A DNA stretch of 64,000 bases from Candidatus Latescibacterota bacterium (GTDB lineage Bacteria > Latescibacterota > UBA2968 > UBA8231): positions 3,488,001 through 3,552,000 of the forward strand of contig OZ253462.1 in assembly GCA_965261395.1 (NCBI GenBank), in the 5' to 3' direction. Positions 46,634 to 58,100 of this stretch are shown piece by piece. The position numbers and the translations under genes are program-made. Under the pieces are notes generated by a model that did not search any database, was not told the origin of the DNA, and was given only the letters and a program-made list of their open reading frames with translations. How positions within the stretch are numbered: the stretch's first letter is position 1; each line of letters starts with the position of its first letter.

Positions 46634-47914
46634 TCAAAGGCGCTGCGTGCTCTGCAGCGCTTCTTTGAGTCCCCGTCGGGCTTCCCCCAAGCCCGGTCGC
46701 AGTGTCAGGGCCTTCCTGTACGCGGTGATCGCCCGCTCATACTGACCGTATTTTTCGTGTATGCGCCCCAATTTGCAGTGCGCTGCCGCATCGCCGGGCA
46801 TGTAGAGCAGAATTTTGCCGATGTGCTCTTGCTCTTTGTTGTACTGGCTCATCTTCTCAAACAAGTCCATCTCGCGCTGGGCTTCTGCTCTCATTCCCAA
46901 TTTCATATAGGCCCGGCCCAAATTGTAGTGGGCATCGGCGTACTGGGAATCTAGGAAGATCGCCTTCTCGTAATAGGCCACAGCCTCTCGGTAGCGATTT
47001 TCCCTAGCCAGAAGCAACCCGATGCGGTAATGGGACTGCCGGTGGGATGGGGCGAGGGCGAGCACTTTCTCGTACTGTGCCATCGCCTGCTGCTCCTGCT
47101 GCATGCCCTCGTAGGTCAAGCCGAGGTGATAGTGGATATCGGGATTATCCCGCTTGCCCTGGAGCGCCTTGCTGTAATAGTCGAGCGCCACTTCATACTG
47201 GCCTTCTTCAGCATAGACGAGTCCGAGATTGTAGTAGGCTCTGCTCTGATGGGGATTCAACTGGAGCGAAATCTCGTACTCCGCAATAGCCTCCCTCGGC
47301 TTGCCCAAGGCGATGTAGGTAAGTGCTAGGTTGTTGTGAGCTTGGAACAGGTCCCGTCTGAGCTGGACGGCCTTCCGGTACTCTTCCACCGCCTTGCTGT
47401 ACTGGCCGATCTGCGCGTAGAAGGCACCCAGATTGTAGTGCATCACGGCGGAGTTCGGGTCCAAAGAGAGAGCCTGTCTGTATATGGCTTCTGCCTTCTC
47501 CGTCCTATCGCTCTCCGAGTAGATGATCCCCAGATTGTTGTAGGTATCCACCACGGTCCGATCTAGGGCAAGAGCCTGCAGGAGGTAATACTCTGCCCGG
47601 GCCAAATCTCCCGTGGCTCTGTAGGCCATGCCCATACCGTTGTAGGCATAGACAAAGTCTGGATCACGGTCAATCGCCTTTTTATAGTAGTCAATTGCAC
47701 GGCCCACCTGACCGACGTTTAAGTGGGCATTCCCCTGCTCGAATAATGCCTTGGCTGCGGACCGATCTCCCGGGGATGCAGAGGCGAAAAAATACAAACA
47801 GATCACTCCGATGAGGCCAGCACACGCCATTCCAATACCAAGCCATCTGATCCGGGCTGTGCTCTTTCCCGACACCGGACCTTCTCCCCTTCGCCGATCT
47901 CTACTCTGGCGCAA
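46634..47914 (-). CDS. Membrane-anchored TPR protein
   Basis: TM helix followed by canonical TPRs (AYNGMG, TYNNLG, HYNLG, AHNNLA). Confidence 0.9.
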   Translation of the reverse strand: MRQSRDRRRGEGPVSGKSTARIRWLGIGMACAGLIGVICLYFFASASPGDRSAAKALFEQGNAHLNVGQVGRAIDYYKKAIDRDPDFVYAYNGMGMAYRATGDLARAEYYLLQALALDRTVVDTYNNLGIIYSESDRTEKAEAIYRQALSLDPNSAVMHYNLGAFYAQIGQYSKAVEEYRKAVQLRRDLFQAHNNLALTYIALGKPREAIAEYEISLQLNPHQSRAYYNLGLVYAEEGQYEVALDYYSKALQGKRDNPDIHYHLGLTYEGMQQEQQAMAQYEKVLALAPSHRQSHYRIGLLLARENRYREAVAYYEKAIFLDSQYADAHYNLGRAYMKLGMRAEAQREMDLFEKMSQYNKEQEHIGKILLYMPGDAAAHCKLGRIHEKYGQYERAITAYRKALTLRPGLGEARRGLKEALQSTQRL

Positions 47915-48866
47915 ATAGTCTCTCCGCCGTAAGGGATTCGGCCAACTCGGAACTCGCCCGATTTAGCTGATTTACAAAGGACGAATCGAGTGTGAACACA
48001 GGAGCCCTTGACAGATCTCTGGCGTAGTAGCTTCCCTCCTGCTCAAATCCGACCCACAAACTATGGACCTCATCCTCTCCCACCGAGACTTCGACGCGTA
48101 GCACAGGCGGATCCAAGCCGTATGACCCCAAGCTATTGGGTACATCGTCGACAAATTCTCCGACGGGTGAGGCCAAGCCCCGTAGAACGGATTCTATCGC
48201 TTCTCCATCTCCTCTCGCCTCTGTCGGGAGCGTCATCTGCCACTCCTCGCCGCGCTTTGTTACTTCGACGGTGTCCCCCTGACTTTCGATTCTCAATTTC
48301 GTCGCCAGCGCCCTCTTGAATTTGAGCGTAGTCTTATTCCTCAGTTCGCTCCATTGCTTGTCTACTCCGGTGCGACGGTACAATTCGACCATACCGATGC
48401 GGTCCTCAGAATCCTTCTTGACATAGACATATCGTCCAGAGGGGTTCTCATCCCCGAACAGGATCGTGTCTAGAAGGCGTCCTCTGACGTGCAGACTCAC
48501 TTTCACGTGCGGAAAATCTAGGCCGTACTTTTTGAGTGCCTGTTCTGTCGATTCATTGTCCAAGACGAGAAACCGCGTCAGTCGTGCCCGCTCGAGATTA
48601 GCCAGGACAGCATGTATGGCCCCCCGATGTGCATCAACCGTTATGGGTTCGATGAGCTGCCAATCTTCCCCGATCTTGCGGCACACCACTCTACCGCTCG
48701 CATTCTCTATGCGAAGTTCGTCCACCTCATCCTTGTCAAAGGTCAGCAATTTCCTAGAATGATACTCTGCTCCCTCTTTTTCGTCTTCCTTTCTGTCGAC
48801 ATAGAGCACTACGAGAAAAAGGGCAGCAAAAAATAGGCTTATCAGAATGACTGTTTTCAGCTTCAT
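47901..48866 (-). CDS. DUF4340-like protein
   Basis: N-terminal TM; tandem W.L..P....A / YGLD.P / G repeats. Confidence 0.75.
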   Translation of the reverse strand: MKLKTVILISLFFAALFLVVLYVDRKEDEKEGAEYHSRKLLTFDKDEVDELRIENASGRVVCRKIGEDWQLIEPITVDAHRGAIHAVLANLERARLTRFLVLDNESTEQALKKYGLDFPHVKVSLHVRGRLLDTILFGDENPSGRYVYVKKDSEDRIGMVELYRRTGVDKQWSELRNKTTLKFKRALATKLRIESQGDTVEVTKRGEEWQMTLPTEARGDGEAIESVLRGLASPVGEFVDDVPNSLGSYGLDPPVLRVEVSVGEDEVHSLWVGFEQEGSYYARDLSRAPVFTLDSSFVNQLNRASSELAESLTAERLFAPE

Positions 48867-49120
48867 TATCGCTCTTGCGTTATGAGTTTATCTTTGTCGT
48901 GTTGTCGCTGTTTACACTGCCCTGTCAGGGTCTAAAGTATCCGAACTACTGAGATTGGAGCAGGGGCACCTGTGGGAACACTGGTGGCTAATTTGAGGCG
49001 TTCTTATTATAACGCAACAACTTGGCTCAGTAAACTATTTTTTGTGCGTAATTCAGGTTAGAATTGGGATGTCCTAAAGCCGCTTAGATGGCCAAAGTCG
49101 AGTCAGAGGAGTGTTCAAAT

Positions 49121-51247
49121 ATGCCGCTAGATAGAAGTCTCCGTTTTGCGTTCGATGCCGCCGCGCTCGAAGCGCGAGGCCAGTTCGACCAACTCCAGTA
49201 CTGCGAGTTGAAAAAGGCTATCGTCCTCAGTGATATGCTCCTCGTCGAAGACGATGCGCCGGCCATCGGCTGCCCCCAAGGCGCTGAGGACCGGTCGTGG
49301 TTCGAGAAATTGCAAGAAGGAGTGATGATCCGCAAAGATCTGGTCCTCGATGATCCTCGCGCCCTAGCCGCCTACCTGATCTTCAACGGACGGGAAATGG
49401 ACGACAATGACCATGCACTCCACATCTGTGTCAACGGTCACTACCTGATCCGACCCCCGAGCAAGATCGCCCACCCCTGTGCTCGCCACTACTACACCAG
49501 CGACTGGGGAGGCTCGCACTTCGACAACTGGTTCGCGGTGGCCGTGCCAGTAGGTGCCCTGCGGCAGGGCACCAATGAGTTCGTCCTGTGGGCCGAATCG
49601 GAGGAGACCAGTTGGGAAATTATGGTGGCCGCCGATGGAGAATATAAGCGTGGCTCTGAAACGCGGCTCTGCCACCCTAACCGCAGCGCCAAGAGCCGAG
49701 ACGGAGGCCGTACCTGGGATTTTGAGCACTTGGGCTGGAAAGATGAAATCGACGGGGAGTACACCATCCGCCTCAGTCTAGATCGCAGCGTAGCGCAGGG
49801 CACCTTTGTCTCGTCGGTGATCGACCTGGCTACAGGAGGGGAGACCAAAAGAATCGAGAGATTGCTCGACGTGGAAGAGTGCCGGGTAGGATGGGAGGTG
49901 GACATACCCGAGGGAAGTCAGGTAGAAATAGAGGTACGTCTGGGCGATAATCCAGTGCCTACAGCCGCCTCATGGTCTCCTTTCGAGTCCGTAGCAAATT
50001 TCTCCAAGACATGGTCTGCTCCCGCCGGACGCTACCTGCAGTTCAAGATTGTCATGCACACTCACAATCCGCTGGTGACGCCGGTGTTCAAAGGCATTTC
50101 TGTGGAAGCGAAGTACCGCGAGCACAAGCACCGCTCCAATAGATTTTATCGCCTTCTCCAATTCCGCAACGGCTGCGTCATCCGCCCATCCCTACCCTAT
50201 GTCCACGAAGATTTCGCCCGCTTAAACGAACTGCGCCACCGCTTTGAACTGGACGCGATGGTCTCAGACGCAGCGACTGAGTTCGAAGCCCAACTGCAAC
50301 TCATGCACTGGGCCTACAAAGTACCGCTCGGTCGCCTAGATGCCTACCAATGGAATTACTTTGATCTGCCTCGCCTCGATAGGGATGCGAGTGGACGCCC
50401 TCGCCTGCTAGGGGACTACCAGAATCGCCGGCGCGATGGCCACTGCCTCTACTGCAACCTGACCCTAATTGCCGCCTGTCTGGCCATGGGCTTTCCGGCC
50501 CGTTGGGTCAACATCTCCACTAAGCACACCTATGGGCACGAGGTGGCCGAAGTATGGTCTAACGAGTTCGACAAGTGGATATTCCTGGATGCGACGCGCG
50601 ATTACTACATTTACGACCCCGACACGGGTATTCCCCTGAGCCTAGTGGAAATCAGCGAGCGCTTGGCCGAAATCATGCCGGGACCGGCGACTTGGGAATA
50701 TCCCATCCAATGGCACCTGCCGGACCTCGAAATGCTCCGTGCCGCTCGCGTTGCCTACCGCCAAGGCGACAGTGCTTTTTCGATTGACGACCTGAGCGGA
50801 GGACCGGAGCACTTGATACTCAAAGGACACTTGCAACTAGTGCGGCGCAACGATTTTGCCAGCCGGCCTTGGCCGCTACCGTGGCGCCTCTCCAGCAACT
50901 GGGGAAGCGATCTCTTCTATTGTTTCTACAGCGATATGTTCCCCCGCAAACGCGAATACCACCAACACACCAAGCGCTGGCAGGATTTCAGTCCTCCGCT
51001 CAACCAGACGGAACTCTTCTTAAGCGAAACCGCCCAACCAGATGTCCTGCGCGTGGATGTGGATACCGAGACGCCCTGCTTTGACGCATTTCTAGTGCAG
51101 ATTGACAAAGCCGCATGGAGCGAACAAACAGACCCCTCGCTGGAGTGGAGACTGCACGAAGGCCTGAACCAACTGCGGCTCAAGGTGCGCAACAGCGCGG
51201 GGGTTTGCGGCCCGGAGAGCCATGCGGCGGTAGTGATGAACACTTGA
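49121..51247 (+). CDS. Transglutaminase-like (Cys-His-Asp) domain protein
   Basis: GAGGAG RBS before ATG 49121; GHCLYCN...AMGFPARWV...GHEVAEVWSNEFDKWIFLDAT; paralogous to the C-terminal part of 14336-17509. Confidence 0.75.
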   Translation: MPLDRSLRFAFDAAALEARGQFDQLQYCELKKAIVLSDMLLVEDDAPAIGCPQGAEDRSWFEKLQEGVMIRKDLVLDDPRALAAYLIFNGREMDDNDHALHICVNGHYLIRPPSKIAHPCARHYYTSDWGGSHFDNWFAVAVPVGALRQGTNEFVLWAESEETSWEIMVAADGEYKRGSETRLCHPNRSAKSRDGGRTWDFEHLGWKDEIDGEYTIRLSLDRSVAQGTFVSSVIDLATGGETKRIERLLDVEECRVGWEVDIPEGSQVEIEVRLGDNPVPTAASWSPFESVANFSKTWSAPAGRYLQFKIVMHTHNPLVTPVFKGISVEAKYREHKHRSNRFYRLLQFRNGCVIRPSLPYVHEDFARLNELRHRFELDAMVSDAATEFEAQLQLMHWAYKVPLGRLDAYQWNYFDLPRLDRDASGRPRLLGDYQNRRRDGHCLYCNLTLIAACLAMGFPARWVNISTKHTYGHEVAEVWSNEFDKWIFLDATRDYYIYDPDTGIPLSLVEISERLAEIMPGPATWEYPIQWHLPDLEMLRAARVAYRQGDSAFSIDDLSGGPEHLILKGHLQLVRRNDFASRPWPLPWRLSSNWGSDLFYCFYSDMFPRKREYHQHTKRWQDFSPPLNQTELFLSETAQPDVLRVDVDTETPCFDAFLVQIDKAAWSEQTDPSLEWRLHEGLNQLRLKVRNSAGVCGPESHAAVVMNT

Positions 51248-51276
51248 TTGGCTGCTAACGCGGGTCAACAAACAAA

Positions 51277-52773
51277 TCAGCCCTTCAGCCGGTCAAAGAG
51301 TGCTGCGACTTCTCGCTCTTTCTCCGCTGAGCGCTTGCTCACGAATCCTTCCGCAAAGTAGATCAGGAAGCTGACGACCAACTCGGCACCCAGATTGATG
51401 GTAAAATTATCGGGATAAATCGAATTGAAGAGAGCGTAGGTCAGCAAACCGCCGATCAGGGAGAGAATGGCACCTCGGGCTGTGGTCCGTCTCCAGATTA
51501 GGCCGAACATGAGTGGGATGGCCACTGGGGGTAGAACGGCGCTGAACATTTTGATGGTCTTTTCAAAGACCTTGCCGATCCCCTCGCTTTCGGCGACCCA
51601 GATAGCCGTGATCAGCACCGCCATCCCAAAGGCAACCGTGGCGATCATCCCGGTTCTGAAGAGTGTTTGGCCGCTCGCTTGGCGGTTGAAGTTGCGCTGG
51701 TAGATATCTTTGGTGAAGACCGCGGCCAGTGAATTGATATCGCTGTCGATCATGGACATCGTCGCCGCGAACATCGAACAAATGAGTAACCCAATCAGCC
51801 CTGGAGCTAGATCGGTCAGCACCTGACGAGCTAAGAGGACATAGGTCTGGTCCGGGTCGAACCCTTCGCGCGGCAACAATGAATTGGGGTCGAAATACTC
51901 CGGCATCATCAGCGGTGCTGCCCAAGCCGGCACGAAGATTACAATCGGATACAGAAGGTACAAAAAACCAGAAAGCAGGGCCGCCTTCTGTGTATCCTTC
52001 GATTGCCCTACTGAGATGAAGCGCTGCGCCAATCCCCAAGTACCACCGCTGTAGCTGAGTATCGTGACGATCAACAGAACCAGCCAGAAATCAAACCCAA
52101 TACCCGCTTCTGCATTGAACAGCACCGCACGCTCCGCCGGCAACTGATCCCACAGCGAATCCCACCCACCGACGTATTCGAGCACTATGATCATGACGAG
52201 GATGCTGAGGACGAATTGGATGAAAAACTGAAGCACATCGGTCAGGACCGTAGCCCACAAACCGCCGACCAGAACATACACAATGGTGACTAGACCACCC
52301 ACGGCGATAATGTGCAGCAAATCCCAACCGGTACAAATCTGGACCACGATCGAGATGGCGTAGAGCTTAATCCCGAGATCGACGAATTTAACTCCAATCC
52401 CTGCTAGGGCTACCAGTAGCCGCACAGAGTTGTCGTAGCGTGCCTCCAAGTATTCTACGGGGGTTAAAACTTTGAGGCGGGACCATCTCGGTGCCCAGGC
52501 TAGGGCAGCGATCATCATGGCGATAAAACACGAGAGCGAAAACAGGGTCCACATGCTGAACCCGGCACTGCTGGCACGGCCGGCAAAGCCGACAAAGAGT
52601 ACCGCGCTGTAGCCTGAAACATGGTGTGATATCGCCGCCATCCACCAAGGCAGGCGATGGCCGGCAGCAAAGTACTCATCGACATTGGCCGCCTTCTTCC
52701 GCGCCACCAGACCCATCCAAGTCATCACAACGACATAGATGGCGATGACAGCGCTATCAGTAGCAGTCAGCAC
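51277..52773 (-). CDS. Sodium:solute symporter family protein
   Basis: YFAAG..LPWW, TPVEYLEARY, GGLWATVLTDVLQF, AQRF, MFAATMS.IDS.INS. Confidence 0.92.
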   Translation of the reverse strand: MLTATDSAVIAIYVVVMTWMGLVARKKAANVDEYFAAGHRLPWWMAAISHHVSGYSAVLFVGFAGRASSAGFSMWTLFSLSCFIAMMIAALAWAPRWSRLKVLTPVEYLEARYDNSVRLLVALAGIGVKFVDLGIKLYAISIVVQICTGWDLLHIIAVGGLVTIVYVLVGGLWATVLTDVLQFFIQFVLSILVMIIVLEYVGGWDSLWDQLPAERAVLFNAEAGIGFDFWLVLLIVTILSYSGGTWGLAQRFISVGQSKDTQKAALLSGFLYLLYPIVIFVPAWAAPLMMPEYFDPNSLLPREGFDPDQTYVLLARQVLTDLAPGLIGLLICSMFAATMSMIDSDINSLAAVFTKDIYQRNFNRQASGQTLFRTGMIATVAFGMAVLITAIWVAESEGIGKVFEKTIKMFSAVLPPVAIPLMFGLIWRRTTARGAILSLIGGLLTYALFNSIYPDNFTINLGAELVVSFLIYFAEGFVSKRSAEKEREVAALFDRLKG

Positions 52774-52853
52774 AATACACCCTCTTTTGCCCTTCCCAAG
52801 TCTTGCAACCGAGAATCCGGCTTACACAGCAGAAATAGGTTTTAAGCAGAAAT

Positions 52854-54134
52854 TTACTCGGTAAGTTCAGTATAGAAATCAATCTGCTGCTGCGCGATAG
52901 AGCCCTCCTGGGTGAGGGCAAAAACCACCAAATTGACCCCCATCCTCAGCTGAGGCTCATTCTCGAATTCATCCTGCCAGATGCTCCCATAGCCCATATC
53001 TGAGTAAACCGCCACCAAGCGTCCATGCAAAAAAACTCCTTCGAGGGACTGTGCCTGATCGGGCTGATAGTAAACATCTGTCTGCTCGGCCGAGTTGTAA
53101 TAGAAAACGTCGGGGTTACCCCTGACACTCAGGTATTCTCCCCCGACCGGAGGACCATCTAGGTCGAAATAACTGTGGTAAATCGGATGACTGTTGGAAA
53201 TGCGCTGCAGCTTGCCATCTTTGCCCAAAGCCAAGCTGAACATCTTTCTTAACGAAGCTTCCGCTGGCCCAAAGTTGAGATCCGGCCGGTCGTTGTCGGC
53301 AAAGACAAATCCTCCATTGCGCAGGTACCATCCCAGATTTTCGATTTCTTTATCCGTCAGTTCAAAACCATCCTTGTCCGTGATATATACAAAAGGTGTC
53401 TTGAACAGTTCGGGAGAGTCCAAGAACATGTGGTCCGCCACCTTGGCTTGGATACCGGTATAAGAGTTGATGCCATCTGCAAGCCTAGAAACCGAGCGGG
53501 GAGCGTCGGGTTGGAGATCGTTGGCCCAAGCCAGCGCCAGGTAGACGAAGCCCTTGATATTTCTCCGATCATTCGGATCTTGGATTACCATGCCCCGATA
53601 CTTACCCGTATCGAGCGCGTTCAGATCCAGAAACTCCTCCTGCATACTGATCCGCTTCTCCGGATCCTTCGAACTCTTGATCTGCATCGAGGGCATCTGC
53701 GGCGTGATAGTGCCGGTACCCACGCTTGTCCCCGCATCGATGCCGCGATCGAAGACAGCTACATTGCCCAATACATCTAGCCGCCGCACCGGACGCGGGG
53801 GCGTACGGGTCAGTTTCGGCTTCGCGGCAGCTAGCTTGCGGGTCATCACCCTCTTTTGCACCAAGGTCTTCCTCATGCGGAAGGGCTTCTTGGCCATCGG
53901 CTTGCGAATCATAAACTCCATTGCCAGGGGCTTGGGCACGGGCTTTTCTTCTTTTATTCCCACTAGAGAGGCGAAGGCTGAGGCCATTATGAGCAGCGCT
54001 AGAGCGTACGCAGCGTAGGATATCCTGCGGTTATCTCGATAGAGCCTCCTTAGAGCTATCGCATCCGCTGGAGCCCTAAAACGATCTGGAGTAGATTTTC
54101 GCACCTGTATTTGGTCCGAAGTGAATTCCGCCAT
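52854..54134 (-). CDS. Membrane-anchored DUF4159-domain protein with TonB-like basic/Pro-rich linker
   Basis: TM, K/P-rich linker, PFVYIT...E.ENL..YLRNGGFVFAD, HPIYHSYFD, RMGVNLVVFALT. Confidence 0.75.
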   Translation of the reverse strand: MAEFTSDQIQVRKSTPDRFRAPADAIALRRLYRDNRRISYAAYALALLIMASAFASLVGIKEEKPVPKPLAMEFMIRKPMAKKPFRMRKTLVQKRVMTRKLAAAKPKLTRTPPRPVRRLDVLGNVAVFDRGIDAGTSVGTGTITPQMPSMQIKSSKDPEKRISMQEEFLDLNALDTGKYRGMVIQDPNDRRNIKGFVYLALAWANDLQPDAPRSVSRLADGINSYTGIQAKVADHMFLDSPELFKTPFVYITDKDGFELTDKEIENLGWYLRNGGFVFADNDRPDLNFGPAEASLRKMFSLALGKDGKLQRISNSHPIYHSYFDLDGPPVGGEYLSVRGNPDVFYYNSAEQTDVYYQPDQAQSLEGVFLHGRLVAVYSDMGYGSIWQDEFENEPQLRMGVNLVVFALTQEGSIAQQQIDFYTELTE

Positions 54135-54185
54135 AGGAGTACGTCAGCCGTTAAAGCCTATATATCCATTGCCGTCATCGCGCTA

Positions 54186-54566
54186 TTACTGCGAAATAAA
54201 CACGGTGTCCACATTCGACTTCTGCCCGGCGAAGTTGGTTTTATCCACGGCCTGGACCTGGAAGGTATAGAAAGAGTCAATCCAGGTAAATTCAGCCGTA
54301 TAGGACTGCCTGGCGCCGGGGGTAGTGTATTGATGTTCCACCCCCGACGTGCCTTCAGTTACCGTGACTATATAGTAAAAGACGGTCGCAGTGTCGCTCA
54401 TGCTCCATCCCAGAATCACATCGTCCCCTGCAAAGGATGCTTCCAAGTCTTGGGGGATGCCAATCCGACTCTCGTGAAACTTGGGCGGCAAGCTATGATC
54501 TTTGCTGCAGTGCAGGGTGCCGAAGATCAGCAGCACGCAAAAAAGCAGCCACAAGGCTCTGCCCAT
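54186..54566 (-). CDS. Small lipoprotein with a fibronectin type III-like domain
   Basis: Signal ending LHC; PQDL.A, LGW, YTFQVQAVD..N..G..S. Confidence 0.65.
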   Translation of the reverse strand: MGRALWLLFCVLLIFGTLHCSKDHSLPPKFHESRIGIPQDLEASFAGDDVILGWSMSDTATVFYYIVTVTEGTSGVEHQYTTPGARQSYTAEFTWIDSFYTFQVQAVDKTNFAGQKSNVDTVFISQ

Positions 54567-54588
54567 TGACGAACTCCTTCTAAAAGGT

Positions 54589-55131
54589 TCAGAAACTTCC
54601 CACCATCACCAACTTGGGCGGCACATTTCCCATCCCCGGTATGGCCCTCAAGTTCCAGCGGGCCACAGCGGATGCTTTGGGAGAATCAGATAAGAGGATA
54701 TCGGTCAGGCTGTAAATATACACCCCCACAGCTACCGCACCAAAAACCCTGCGCGTCAGATGCAGGTCGTCCAACTCATCATTGGTTTTATGCAACTCGT
54801 CCCACTTTTGCTGGGCGAGATCGTAGCGGCTGTTCCCAGCCGCCATCACTGCGTATTCGTCTTTTAGGCGGTGGAAATTGTCGCGGCGGGTATTATAGTT
54901 TTCGTTTGCTATTAGCGCCACGGCCAGAGAGCCAATCTCGCCGACCAGCATGAACGTTCCCTTTATCTTCTGGCCGGTGGAAAGTTGACCCAGCCCGGGG
55001 AAGAGAGCTGACAGGACAACCGCCTCCTTTTTGGTGGCGATCTGCCTAGTTGCAAAGACATCGTCTTCGCTTTGCGCCCAGCAGGGAGGTCCCAAGCTGA
55101 GAAGCGTTAGTAATAAAATAAAATGTTTCAT
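54589..55131 (-). CDS. DUF5683-like outer-membrane-associated protein
   Basis: Signal peptide; SALFPGLGQL..GQ..KG motif. Confidence 0.6.
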   Translation of the reverse strand: MKHFILLLTLLSLGPPCWAQSEDDVFATRQIATKKEAVVLSALFPGLGQLSTGQKIKGTFMLVGEIGSLAVALIANENYNTRRDNFHRLKDEYAVMAAGNSRYDLAQQKWDELHKTNDELDDLHLTRRVFGAVAVGVYIYSLTDILLSDSPKASAVARWNLRAIPGMGNVPPKLVMVGSF

Positions 55132-55175
55132 TGCAATTACCTTTTGTTGGATTCGCTTGAGAGTGCGTCTGTCCT

Positions 55176-58100
55176 TCAATATTGTGGTGCCCCTGCTACG
55201 ATCTGTATGAAGACAGCGAGGACATCGGTATTGTCGGCACTGCGGAAGGAATCGTCGTACGTTCGGCGATCGAAGGTCACACCAGCATTGGCCACAATCT
55301 CGTAGCCGAAATAGTCGGAACGGTTGGTCATCATGAAGACGTACACATTCTGCTCAAAACTGTTCCAATTGTTGCCATGGTCCTCGACGCCATAGTTCCA
55401 GAAGGGCAAACCCTGGGCACCGAGGCGAAAGGTAGTTCGGGGCGTCACATAGTAATTGGCTTTGAGCAACGGAATAACCGTGGTCTCATTGGCTAGGGGT
55501 ATGTCGATGATGTCCTGGGTGCGCTTGAGGAAAAGCAGTTTCAGCGCCGGGATGATCTCCAGTTTACTCTGGTGCCGCCGCCAAGTATAGTCAACGCGGT
55601 GAACCGAACTCATAGAGCGAATCGCATTCTTGCGCTGATGGGTCCCGTCGTCCAAAAAGCCCTGCTGCTGCCAGTTGAATTCGCAGCGGAAGTTGTGATA
55701 CATTCTCAGGTCTTTGAGCGGACTCAAAAGCGTCTCCAAGTAGAATCTATTGGCCAAGCTATTCTTGTAGTTCAGATTATCCTCTATTAATATCAGGTCG
55801 AACTGTTGTTGGTAGCCGAATCCGGCCAGATGCGTCTTGCCGAAGGGACTCCTGCCGAAATCCGAGGAGATCAAGACGCGATCCGGCACAGTGTCCCAAA
55901 CCCGCTTCAGCGTATTCTCCACCACCAGCCTACCCAATCCCGGCTGCTCTGCCTTCCAGATGAGACGGCCATAATTCATCAAATTTTTACCCGCCCTATC
56001 CTGCTGGCGGGCGTTGAGGCGCCCCAGAGAGAAGTTCAGATCCCGCCACAGCCCGTACTTCCCGAACAGATGGTAGCCCTCCAGATCCTCGGGATAGGGG
56101 TAATCGGGTTCGGGATCGTCCTCCCGGCTATCCGGTCTGTCGTTGTTATTCAGATCTAAATCGTAGATATAGTCGTCCGATTCCACATCGTACATCAGGA
56201 AGGGTTCTAGGTAGTCCGGCAGCCTATTCCCATTTTTATTCGTGTCTGGCCGCCCATCCCCATCCTCGTCCTTGCCAGGGAAAATACCATCCGCATCCAC
56301 TCCCTCGTTGACGAAGCCGGCGATGTACTGCTGGAACCACGAGTCGGGAAAGCGATCGTTGTCGTCATTGTCGTCCACCATCATCAAGCGCATAGTACTG
56401 TTGAAATGGGGTACAGCCGGCGTTCCCAACACTACTAATTCCGTGTTGTAGTTCGGTCCCATGTGGAAGAATTCGCCTCCCCAGTCGAAGCGCTCGTGTT
56501 CCTTGCGCACCACCAGATAATACGCTTCACCTTGCTGGTCGAAGCGCTTGCCGAAGCGCATGGCCGTGCTGGGATCGGGTCCGACTACACCATCGGGGTA
56601 CTGGAAGTAGTGCTGGCTCCTCGCGTACTCTCCGTCAATCTTTAGCCCGAAGATGTTGGTGCTGAAATTGGCTCCCAAGATTTCCATTCCGGTCTGCGTG
56701 CCGATGTCGAATGAAATGCGCTGCACGTTCGACCGGTCCTGGACATTCCCCGGAGCGCGCTCCACTACGCGAAAGAGCGTGGGCTGGCCATAGCGCTGTG
56801 TATAGGGGCTTTCAATCGGAGCGTACGGGTCATTGAGGTCCACCCTTCTATTTCTAGCCACAGTTCCCACCTCAATCTTGTAATCGTTGGCGACCACGGC
56901 TTCGAAGGAAACGGATTGAACATAGCCCTCTCCCGCCAAGTTGAAGTAATAGACCACGAAGTCGTCGCCAGAGACCTCTATAGGACCTGTTTCGTCGGTG
57001 CGCCACCGGAAAGATTGTTCCAGAGGCCTATAGATGTTGTTGAGGGCGTTGTTGCGAATCAGGATGGCAAGCACTTCATCTTCAGTAAATTGCTCCCCCA
57101 AGATCGCATCGGCGTTATCGCGGTAGTAGTTCCTGCTCGTTGATGCTTCCGGCTGCAGATTCACCGCTAAGTGCCACGGCTCCTCAATGGGAAATTCTAC
57201 GCCTCTCCATACGTAGGTCGTAAACTGGCGTTTGGGATCTACCGGATCATTCAACCTCAGATCCTTGAAGAAGAGGTAGTCCATGTAGAGCGGCGCTTCA
57301 TTGATGCGATACTGCATATAGGTGGGCTGGGTCGGGACCGAGGAAGTAAAGGCCGCCGCCAGCTCGGCATAGGTGTTGCGCACTAACCCCTGCGCACCGA
57401 AGCGGCCCACCGAGGACTCGGTGATGCCGTCAATGTGCTCGACAATATCCGGGACGATGTCCTGGCGGAGAATTCCGTTGACCAAGATGTTCAACTCGAC
57501 GATGTAGGGGCCACCCCGGTCGTCCTTGGGTGAATCATCCGAAAATTTGACGGCGATAATTTCTGGGTATGGCTGGTTGTGGCGCAGCACCCCTTTGCGG
57601 GAGAAGGTGTGGCCGGACGCATCGCTGAAGCTCTCGTGCTGGTTGACATAAGTTAGACCCAAATTCAGCAGGCCGATCCGCCGCTCAAAGTGAAAGGCCC
57701 CCATCCGCACCGTGTTCCAGTTCATAAATAGTGCCGAGAGATCGTTGTGTTTTGTACCTACGTCAATTCTGAAGCCGCGAAAGGCGTTGACTTTCAGAGT
57801 CAGCGGCGTGAAGCGCCCCCGCAACTCCTGAGCAATGGTCAGGCCCGCCCACCACCGGTTGGTCTGCTCCGAAACGGTCAGCACATCCTCGAAATAGCGC
57901 CGATAAGTAGATTGTTCGCGCCCGGGATAGTTGTAGAGATCGCCGGTCACCCTCAGTATCGACGATCCCCGACTTTGGGGGCCCAGACCCGTGGTTTCCA
58001 CCCAGTCATAGCCGGGGATCCCGTAGACTAGGCGATTCCCTAGCGGCCCATAGAAATACTGCTTGGGATCGCGGTAGGGAGAAAGGATGGTCGAATAGTT

